The position numbers and the translations under genes are program-made. This document shows positions 1 to 6,484 of a DNA stretch of 32,747 bases, in pieces (position 1 is the first letter of the stretch; the number at the start of each line of letters is the position of its first letter). Source of the stretch: an uncultured Oscillospiraceae bacterium (GTDB lineage: Bacteria > Bacillota > Clostridia > Christensenellales > CAG-314); contig CAYYTD010000002.1 of the NCBI GenBank assembly GCA_964474475.1, positions 1 to 32,747 on the forward strand, read 5' to 3'. The notes below the pieces were generated by a model. The model saw nothing but the letters and a program-made list of their open reading frames with translations. It made no database searches and was not told where the DNA came from.

Positions 1-246
1 GCCAATTATTGCAAAAAGAGCTACCTAAAATACGACGAGCATCACGTGGAAGGCTACGTACATTTAAGCAAGAAGAAATATACACGCATAGACGAAGAAC
101 TAAAAAACGTAACCATAAGCAACGGAAAACGCAAAAGCATAATAATTGAAAACGAAGAAGGTACGTTTTTAATTATCTATGTGGTCAATGCAAAAGAACA
201 AGTGACAAGAATGAACGATTACAAAGAAAATTATTCCAAATCGTGA
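1..246 (+). CDS. C-terminal fragment of a hypothetical protein (ORF open to the window edge)
   Basis: Frame +1 is open from nt 1 to TGA at 244-246; the track lists only the Met-initiated part 46..246. Low GC, rich in Lys/Glu/Asn. A terminator follows. No motif recognised. Confidence 0.4.
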   Translation, partial: ANYCKKSYLKYDEHHVEGYVHLSKKKYTRIDEELKNVTISNGKRKSIIIENEEGTFLIIYVVNAKEQVTRMNDYKENYSKS

Positions 247-337
247 AAACATATCAAAAGTAATTGCTCGGCGAATTACACAACTTACGCAAAAAACAGA
301 AAACAAACAAAAATGTTTTTAATAAAATAGTTGAAAC

Positions 338-365
338 CGCTCACCGTTTCGGTGGGCGTTTTTTT
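338..365 (+). terminator. Rho-independent terminator
   Basis: CGCTCACC (338-345) pairs with GGTGGGCG (351-358) as an 8-bp stem with one G-U. The loop is 5 nt and a T7 run follows at 359-365. Confidence 0.75.
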
Positions 366-385
366 ACTTTGCGATAGTGGAGTAA

Positions 386-409
386 TTTCAATTTGCGGTT
401 GCGAGGAAA
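386..409 (+). repeat. 24-bp conserved intergenic box, copy 1 (TTTCAATTTGCGGTTGCGAGGAAA)
   Basis: 22/24 identical to 2914-2937. Both copies lie between near-identical terminators and a consensus promoter. Confidence 0.6.
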
Positions 410-522
410 CATTGCTGTAAATTTTCCGCTGTCCGTTTTACTCCGCAATCTTGTGCCCCTGCCAGGCACTGTGCCACTTTGGTACAAATAGTAAAAATTT
501 GCCAAAAATATTTTTCATACTA

Positions 523-552
523 TTGACAAAAAGGCAGGGGGGGGGGTATAAT
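523..552 (+). promoter_or_regulatory. Sigma-A-type promoter of the pilin gene: TTGACA, 18-nt spacer, TATAAT, with a G10 tract in the spacer
   Basis: TTGACA at 523-528 and TATAAT at 547-552. The spacer is AAAAGGCAGGGGGGGGGG, with the G run at 537-546. An A/T-rich UP-like stretch lies at 490-520. Confidence 0.7.
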
Positions 553-861
553 CTTGAGCGAGAGGAAGTAATTTCTTCGTCGCAGTAGGTTAAGTGAATG
601 GAGCACTCCGTTCCACTCACCACACTGGCGGAAAACACCTCCCTGCGATTGACTGTCAAGCGCAACGCCACCTTTGTGCAACGGTTGCTTTACTTTCACG
701 GTTCAATTTGTCCCTCTTCCAACCGACTTTGTCGGAGACAATGCGAATGGTGCACAGGCAAGGCAACAATTGAGCAAAAATAGCCGTTGCAATTGAAAGC
801 ACATGTAACCCAACCGTCAGGAAAGGACCATTCTCAAATAAATACAAGGAGAATTAGTAAC

Positions 862-2610
862 ATGAACAACAGCAAAAAACGCGGCTTTACTATCGTAGAG
901 TTAGTAATAGTTATTGCCGTTATTGCAATTCTTGCAGGCGTGCTTATTCCCACCTTTTCAAGTGTTGTAAACAAGGCAAATCAAGCTAACGATACCGTTC
1001 TCATCAAGTCGCTCAATACCTCGCTCAAGTCTGCCGAGGCTCTCAACGGCAAAGCGCCCACCATGCACGACGCCTTGCAAATCGTCAAGGAAGACGGCTA
1101 CGACGTAAGTAAAATCAAGTCCACTGCCAGCGGCAGCCAAATTATGTGGGATAGCGCCAACAACTGCTTCGTGTACGTAAAAGAGGGTGTAATCAACTAC
1201 ATTCCCGATTCCAAAACGGTTACTGCACAAAACTACCAATTGTGGACTATTGTAGAATCTGGCGACCTCAGCACCGAATACAGCAACTACCTTGCAGATG
1301 GTTTTACGGCTACCGGCACTCTTGCAATTACCACCGGCTTGGACGTTGGCAATGTTGAAGGCATTACCGCAATAGAGTACGTGCGCACAAGCGGTTCTGC
1401 TCAAGAAGTAATCATTCGCACCAACTCATCTGCAACGACACTCACCATCAACGCAGCAACGGACACCGTTCATCACTACGGCGCAATTGCCAGCGTAAAC
1501 GTAATTGCCTGCGCACCGAGTTCCTACCACGAAAACGGTCAAGTTAAAGGCAATATTGTAGTGGAACAAGGCAGAGTAGAAGTTGCCGCAAACGCAACAG
1601 TAAGCGGCGCAGTTTTGGTAACCGGCAATAGCGTTAAAGTAGACGTAAAGAACGACACGACCAAAGTTAACGTTAAGTCTAGCGTTACTCTACCCGAAGG
1701 CTCTGTTTCCGGCGTTGAACCTATTAATGCTACTATCGTAACCGACGAAGCTACGTTGAAAGCAGCAGTTGCCTCCGGCGGCACGATTTATCTTGGTGAA
1801 GATATTGTTTACACGAATACGCTTGTCGCTGAAGGTGTTGATATCACATTGAATTTGAATGGTCATAATATTACTTCAACTAAATCGAATGTGGCATTTT
1901 TATCAATTAAAGGTCAGAATACAATGACCAATGTTGTCTTGGAAGGCAACGGAAGTGTTACTGGTTCCGCACAACAAGGTTTGTTGAAAATAAAAAACAC
2001 TAAGTCTCGCTTAACAATTAATGGCGGAGTGTATGAAAACACTTGGACTTCCAACGGTGGCGGATATGTCTTGCATCAAGGATACGAAAAAAACAAGACT
2101 GGCGGAAATGTTATTATCAATAACTGTGAAATGAAATCATATGATGCGACACTGTATTTGGGAAGAAAAGGTACACTTGAAGTAAATGGTGGTAAGTTTG
2201 AGGCGAAAAATAATTTCGTGATTGGTACTTTAGGGGATGCAAACTATGGATCAAACAAAATTATCATAAACGGCGGCACTTTCAATGGAAATATTGAGTC
2301 CACAGGATATATCGCTTGCGGCATCTACATTGCAAATAATGACACGCTTACAGTTAATGGTGGTACGTTCAATATTACCGATGGTGTAGGCATTCTTGTT
2401 CGTGCTGGAAGCGCAACAATCGGTAAGGGCGTTGTAGTTAATCTACTGAATTCCGGCAAGGGTATTACTGAAGGAATGATTGGTGACGTAAAAACCAAAA
2501 TAAGCCCTACGGCGGTTATCGTTGTAGATGCACTGGAAGATGCAACCCCCACCATCACCAACAACTCTGTATATGGCGTTTATGACTCTGATGGCAACGA
2601 AATTAAATAG
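862..2610 (+). CDS. Large modular type IV pilin (582 aa): prepilin class III signal plus a beta-rich stalk plus a beta-helix-like C-terminal module
   Basis: AAGGAG RBS at 846-851 and ATG at 862. The N-terminus MNNSKKRG|FTIVELVIVIAVIAILAGVLIP has the canonical G/F cleavage site, Glu5 and a hydrophobic helix. The C-terminal half carries four [IV]NGGx[FY] repeats (INGGVYEN, VNGGKFEA, INGGTFNG, VNGGTFNI), typical of right-handed parallel beta-helix coils. The track ORF start at 787 lacks an RBS. Confidence 0.85.
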   Translation: MNNSKKRGFTIVELVIVIAVIAILAGVLIPTFSSVVNKANQANDTVLIKSLNTSLKSAEALNGKAPTMHDALQIVKEDGYDVSKIKSTASGSQIMWDSANNCFVYVKEGVINYIPDSKTVTAQNYQLWTIVESGDLSTEYSNYLADGFTATGTLAITTGLDVGNVEGITAIEYVRTSGSAQEVIIRTNSSATTLTINAATDTVHHYGAIASVNVIACAPSSYHENGQVKGNIVVEQGRVEVAANATVSGAVLVTGNSVKVDVKNDTTKVNVKSSVTLPEGSVSGVEPINATIVTDEATLKAAVASGGTIYLGEDIVYTNTLVAEGVDITLNLNGHNITSTKSNVAFLSIKGQNTMTNVVLEGNGSVTGSAQQGLLKIKNTKSRLTINGGVYENTWTSNGGGYVLHQGYEKNKTGGNVIINNCEMKSYDATLYLGRKGTLEVNGGKFEAKNNFVIGTLGDANYGSNKIIINGGTFNGNIESTGYIACGIYIANNDTLTVNGGTFNITDGVGILVRAGSATIGKGVVVNLLNSGKGITEGMIGDVKTKISPTAVIVVDALEDATPTITNNSVYGVYDSDGNEIK

Positions 2611-2735
2611 CAAGATTTAATTTGCAATTTTTTTGTGCAAATAGTCGTAACGCAACGAATTCGTTCAATGGCGAATGGTTTCAATTTGACGGACTATTGC
2701 AAGTTGGCAAAGTTAATTCTCAATAATGGTCACGT

Positions 2736-2764
2736 CCGCTCGCCATTTCGGTGGGCGGATTTTT
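2736..2764 (+). terminator. Rho-independent terminator (near-duplicate of 338-365)
   Basis: CCGCTCGCC (2736-2744) pairs with GGTGGGCGG (2750-2758) as a 9-bp stem with two G-U pairs. ATTTTT follows. Confidence 0.65.
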
Positions 2765-2913
2765 CTACTCTTTTCAAATTAGCCTTATTACGTTTCACCT
2801 TGTCGTTTTTTTGTTTTAATGGTGTTGGCGTTTTCGTGTTTTTTGTTTCTATGTTGAACGGCGGGGTGCTGATTTGTTGGGTGCTTGTGCAAGGTGGGAG
2901 GAACGTCAGCAAA

Positions 2914-2937
2914 TTTCAATTTGCGGTTGTAAGGAAA
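2914..2937 (+). repeat. 24-bp conserved intergenic box, copy 2 (TTTCAATTTGCGGTTGTAAGGAAA)
   Basis: 22/24 identical to 386-409. TTGCGGT (2921-2927) can also pair with ACCGCAA (2942-2948). Confidence 0.6.
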
Positions 2938-2997
2938 TTTTACCGCAACGGTGGCGCTGTAAAATACAAATATGGTCAAATTGTATCAATTTGGCTG

Positions 2998-3026
2998 TTG
3001 ACAGAAACTATGCCGTGTGTTAAAAT
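2998..3026 (+). promoter_or_regulatory. Sigma-A-type promoter for the lipoprotein gene
   Basis: TTGACA at 2998-3003, 17-nt spacer, extended -10 TGtTAAAAT at 3018-3026. Confidence 0.6.
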
Positions 3027-3083
3027 GCATTCACAGTGATAAACGCGGCACACGCCGCCAATATTATAAGGGAGGATATCACA

Positions 3084-3527
3084 ATGAAAAAGACAGTAAG
3101 AATTTTTGCTCTTGTTGCGGCGTTGACTTTGTGCCTCGTTGCGCTTACCGCTTGTTCGGACAAGTACGGTGCACTTAAGAGCGCATTTGAAAAAGAAGGT
3201 TTCAAAGAAAACCAAGTTGTAGAAGGCGTTGCTGAACAAATTAAGCAAGACCTTGAAAAACAAGAACTTGAAGTTAACATTCACGTTCTCACCAAGGGCG
3301 TTGGCGCTGTTGCAATTATTGAGTTTACTGCAACCGAAGAATTGGCACAAGCCATCAAGGACAGCAACACTTTGCAAGGCTTTATTAAAGACGTGCAAGA
3401 AAGCGAAGATGCAAACGAATTTTACAACAAGCTTGTAGAAGCAGGCTATGCAAAAGGCAACTGCTTGTGCATTCCCCTCACCGTTAAGGCATCCACAATG
3501 ACGGAAATCGTAAAATCCGTAAAGTAA
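3084..3527 (+). CDS. Small lipoprotein of unknown function (147 aa)
   Basis: GGAGG RBS at 3071-3075 and ATG at 3084. Signal peptide MKKTVRIFALVAALTLCLVALTAC with lipobox LTAC. It has its own promoter and terminator. Confidence 0.8.
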   Translation: MKKTVRIFALVAALTLCLVALTACSDKYGALKSAFEKEGFKENQVVEGVAEQIKQDLEKQELEVNIHVLTKGVGAVAIIEFTATEELAQAIKDSNTLQGFIKDVQESEDANEFYNKLVEAGYAKGNCLCIPLTVKASTMTEIVKSVK

Positions 3528-3539
3528 TTAACCACAACA

Positions 3540-3575
3540 AAGAACCGCAAGGAAACGCCCTTGCGGTTCTTTTTG
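3540..3575 (+). terminator. Rho-independent terminator
   Basis: GAACCGCAAGG (3542-3552) pairs with CCTTGCGGTTC (3559-3569) as a perfect 11-bp stem. A T5 run follows. Confidence 0.85.
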
Positions 3576-3609
3576 CTATTTGCAATAGTGCAATTTGTCA
3601 CCACGCTTC

Positions 3610-3656
3610 GCCAACAAATTGCATTAAGCTTTGCCAACAAATTTTGCCAACAAATT
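3610..3656 (+). repeat. Three direct copies of GCCAACAAATT
   Basis: Copies at 3610-3620, 3633-3643 and 3646-3656. The first and third extend to GCCAACAAATTGCATT. The third overlaps the -35 element. Confidence 0.8.
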
Positions 3657-3683
3657 GCATTTTGTATTTGTATATGGTATAAT
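3655..3683 (+). promoter_or_regulatory. Promoter of the minor-pilin/assembly operon
   Basis: TTGCAT at 3655-3660, 17-nt spacer, extended -10 TGgTATAAT at 3675-3683. Confidence 0.55.
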
Positions 3684-3807
3684 TAACTATTATATGTGTG
3701 TACGTGTACCCTTTTGGCGCATTTTGCTGCCAAAAGCAAACGGTTGGCTTTGCCATTTCCCTTTTGAAGACAAAAGCCTACGCACAAATTTGCAAGGAGG
3801 AAAGGCT

Positions 3808-4335
3808 GTGCGAAAGAAACGTAGCGGAGTGACGCTGTTGGAAATTACCATAGTTATGGCGGTTACTGCAATAGTGGTTACCGGCGTGGTGTCCTTGTGC
3901 GTTTCGGTGCAGGGCGTTGCCGCACGAACCAACGAAGTTACCGATGCCATTGCATCTCTTACCGACGTGCGCGACATGGCAACTAAGTGGATTGCCCACT
4001 TTGACGGTTTGCCGGGTGCAACAGTTACTGCCCTTGCAGATAGTGCCGAAAGCGGCGAACCATCGGAGGAAAGCAACAAAACGATACTTCGTGCCACGGT
4101 GGAAGGGAACAATTACGACTTCTACTTGGACAAATCTGCAAAAAAATTTGTTGCCCAGTACGAAGGCAAAACGCTTTACGCCAATGCCAACACAGTCATC
4201 TTTTTGGGCTTCGACTGCCGCACGAGCGACAACTTGATTGTGTGCAGCGTAACTTACACCCTTACCAAAAGCAATGGCAAGCTTAGCGTAGAAGAAACGA
4301 GCTTTGTAATTGCCGCAAGAGGAGGCACACAATGA
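3808..4335 (+). CDS. Type IV minor pilin / pseudopilin (175 aa)
   Basis: GTG start at 3808, preceded by AAGGAGG at 3794-3800. N-terminus VRKKRSG|VTLLEITIVMAVTAIVV has the prepilin cleavage motif with Glu5. The upstream part of track ORF 3631.. has no RBS. Confidence 0.8.
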   Translation: MRKKRSGVTLLEITIVMAVTAIVVTGVVSLCVSVQGVAARTNEVTDAIASLTDVRDMATKWIAHFDGLPGATVTALADSAESGEPSEESNKTILRATVEGNNYDFYLDKSAKKFVAQYEGKTLYANANTVIFLGFDCRTSDNLIVCSVTYTLTKSNGKLSVEETSFVIAARGGTQ

Positions 4336-4715
4336 AAAGGCGCGGTGTAACTCTTGTTGAAACGGTAATAGCGATGTTTTTGATAACGGTGCTTACGGCA
4401 GGCGCCTTTACGCTGTGTTCTACTGCGGTGGTGCGTGTAGACCGTGTTGAAAAGCAATTTAGGGCACAATCGGCATGCAAGGACGTGATTGAATGCTACA
4501 AGGTGACGGAAAGCGTTTCGACAGAACTTGAAAACAAATTGAAGATAGTTAACTCCAACGCAAAATTGGCGGAAAGCGGCTACGTACTGACCTACGCCGA
4601 CTTTAACGTGGTGGCATCGTTAAGCGAAGACAAACACACTCTGACGGTGGTTGCCACCGATTTTAGCGGTGACGAGCTGTGCAAAACTTCCTATTTTAAG
4701 GGAGGTGCGGCATGA
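4332..4715 (+). CDS. Type IV minor pilin / pseudopilin (127 aa)
   Basis: N-terminus MKRRG|VTLVETVIAMFLITVL. ATGA start/stop overlap with the upstream gene. Confidence 0.8.
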   Translation: MKRRGVTLVETVIAMFLITVLTAGAFTLCSTAVVRVDRVEKQFRAQSACKDVIECYKVTESVSTELENKLKIVNSNAKLAESGYVLTYADFNVVASLSEDKHTLTVVATDFSGDELCKTSYFKGGAA

Positions 4716-5218
4716 CGAAACTACGCGGCAAGCGCGGAATGGCAATGATGATGGTCATCGTTGCAATGGTAATTCTCAGCTCATTTGGCGTGCTTATTAC
4801 CACTTGCGCAGTCAAAATGCATTCGGACGTTGCGCGGTACGTAAAAAACACCGAAAATTGCGACGCCATGGGCGAATACTTTTTGAGCAAGGCAAATAGT
4901 CTTACAGATTTTTCCAACGAAACGAGCGTGGTTGCCAATTTGAAATCGGCATTTTCAAGCAATGCGGCCGATAACCCCTTTGCGGAATACGGCGTTAACC
5001 CCGCAGCGAATGCCGAGGGGGAATTTCCTGTAAAACGGGCGCAGATAAGTGCAAAATGCGATGGTGGCTCAACCGCAGTTATGTTAAACGTCTATGCGGC
5101 GGATTCGGTAAAACTTCAGGTTGTGGCACGCAAAAGCGGCACGGAAAAATTTACAATTTTAGTTTGGAGTTACGACGAGGTCGTAACGGATATTGAAACC
5201 GTCACGTTGCCGAGTTGA
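4712..5218 (+). CDS. Pilin-like protein lacking Glu5 (PilX/GspK/ComGG-like, 168 aa)
   Basis: N-terminus MTKLRGKRG|MAMMMVIVAMVILSSFGVL. ATGA overlap with the upstream gene. Confidence 0.65.
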   Translation: MTKLRGKRGMAMMMVIVAMVILSSFGVLITTCAVKMHSDVARYVKNTENCDAMGEYFLSKANSLTDFSNETSVVANLKSAFSSNAADNPFAEYGVNPAANAEGEFPVKRAQISAKCDGGSTAVMLNVYAADSVKLQVVARKSGTEKFTILVWSYDEVVTDIETVTLPS

Positions 5219-5240
5219 CGGACGGTTTGGAGGAAAAAGG

Positions 5241-6482
5241 ATGGCATTAGTACCCGAAAAAAGAAATACGGTGATAGGCATCGATGCGCAAAGTTCGTCC
5301 ATAGTGTTTTTTACCATGACGGGGGATAACCGCATTACTGCGCAATTGAAAAAAGTTCCGTTTAAGGGCACCTTGTACGATGAAAGCTTTTACGACACTT
5401 TGGCTACGGAAATTGCCGAGTATCTAAAGCAAAACCCCGTGCGCCAGCCCACGTCTTTTGCTGTGGTGGTTACGGATAACGCCGTAATTACGGACACCTT
5501 TGCCGTGCCGTCGATAGGCAGGAAGGGCATGGAACAGGCGTTTAAGATGGCTGTGGAAAACATGTACGTAAACGCATCCGACTTGGAAATTAACAAGGTT
5601 TTGGCATATTCCAACCGTCAAAGCGCAACCTATTCCGTAACGATGATGCAAAAAAACGTAATTGCGGGCATCACGCGTGCTTTTAACGCAAACAAAATAT
5701 CCCCGCAGTTTATTACTTTTCCGTACAACGGACAAGCCAACGCGGTTACCAAGTTGCGCCCCAAGTTCAAGAGGTCCTCTTACCTGTTTGCCGACGTCAA
5801 GGAGGGCTACACGCGCCTTTGCTTCATCGTAAAGGGACGTGCCGTTGGCGGAACTGTGTTGCCCTTTGGCTACGAAATACTAAGCAACAAACGCGTTGTT
5901 GCCGAAGACATGCTTTTCGACCATTCTTTGGGAGAGATTACCGTTCTTAATGCCCATGAAAAGGCAAAGGACAAGGCAATGACCGTCTTCCACGAAGACG
6001 CCCAAGGCGATGAGGACGAATTGCAAACGGCCGAGACGGAACAGGAAGAAAACGTATTTGCCGACTTTGAAGATGAAGAGGGTGTGCAGCAAGAGGGCGC
6101 CAACACGGTGCTGTTGCAACAGCAGGCAGGCAAGGCGTATCGCAAAACCGCCCGTAAGCTTCCCAAATTTATGATTAAACCTACGCCGACGGACGAGCAG
6201 GGCTTCACCTACGAAAATTTTTGCATCATTGCCAAGTGGATTTTGCTGTATTTGCGTGGCAACGAAAGCATCACTTCCCAAGGCGAGCCGGAGTTCGTGT
6301 TGGTAAACGTTCCTCACAGGTTTGAATATTTGTTTGAAATGATCAATCGTCACAAGGAAGAAAACGGAATTGAATTCGTTTCTTTCGATCCGGCAATAGA
6401 AGACAGCGCCGACGTAACCTCTAACCTTGAGTTTTTTGGCGGTTTCTATAGCAAAAAGGTCAACCCGACCAACTTATTTTAG
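5241..6482 (+). CDS. pilM: PilM-like actin-fold pilus assembly protein with an acidic insertion (413 aa)
   Basis: GGAGG RBS at 5229-5233 and ATG at 5241. VIGIDAQSSSIV resembles the PilM phosphate-1 motif, and ADVKEGYTRLCFIVKGRAVGG resembles the second nucleotide-binding motif. It sits where PilM is expected in the operon. An acidic stretch lies at ~5991-6100. Confidence 0.6.
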   Translation: MALVPEKRNTVIGIDAQSSSIVFFTMTGDNRITAQLKKVPFKGTLYDESFYDTLATEIAEYLKQNPVRQPTSFAVVVTDNAVITDTFAVPSIGRKGMEQAFKMAVENMYVNASDLEINKVLAYSNRQSATYSVTMMQKNVIAGITRAFNANKISPQFITFPYNGQANAVTKLRPKFKRSSYLFADVKEGYTRLCFIVKGRAVGGTVLPFGYEILSNKRVVAEDMLFDHSLGEITVLNAHEKAKDKAMTVFHEDAQGDEDELQTAETEQEENVFADFEDEEGVQQEGANTVLLQQQAGKAYRKTARKLPKFMIKPTPTDEQGFTYENFCIIAKWILLYLRGNESITSQGEPEFVLVNVPHRFEYLFEMINRHKEENGIEFVSFDPAIEDSADVTSNLEFFGGFYSKKVNPTNLF

Positions 6483-6484
6483 TT

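Noticed and set aside
598-783. 61-aa ORF inside the pilin leader
   Set aside because: No convincing RBS and a Cys/Arg-rich, odd composition. It was treated as part of the untranslated leader.
787-861. Upstream extension of the pilin ORF (track start 787), and likewise 3631-3807 for the first minor pilin and 5193-5240 for PilM
   Set aside because: The extensions lack RBSs and would bury the prepilin signal 25-60 residues inside the protein. The internal starts have AAGGAG/GGAGG sites at the correct spacing.
553-861. Calling the pilin leader a c-di-GMP riboswitch
   Set aside because: Only short fragments resemble GEMM-I or c-di-GMP-II cores, and I could not thread the full consensus or pseudoknot by eye. 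It is kept as a hypothesis in the findings, not as a feature.
2635-3039. 134-aa ORF filling the pilin-lipoprotein intergenic region
   Set aside because: It has a non-ATG start and no RBS. It reads through an intrinsic terminator, the 24-bp box and the lipoprotein promoter. The translation is Phe/Val/Leu-rich from a G/T-rich stretch. It is most likely non-coding.
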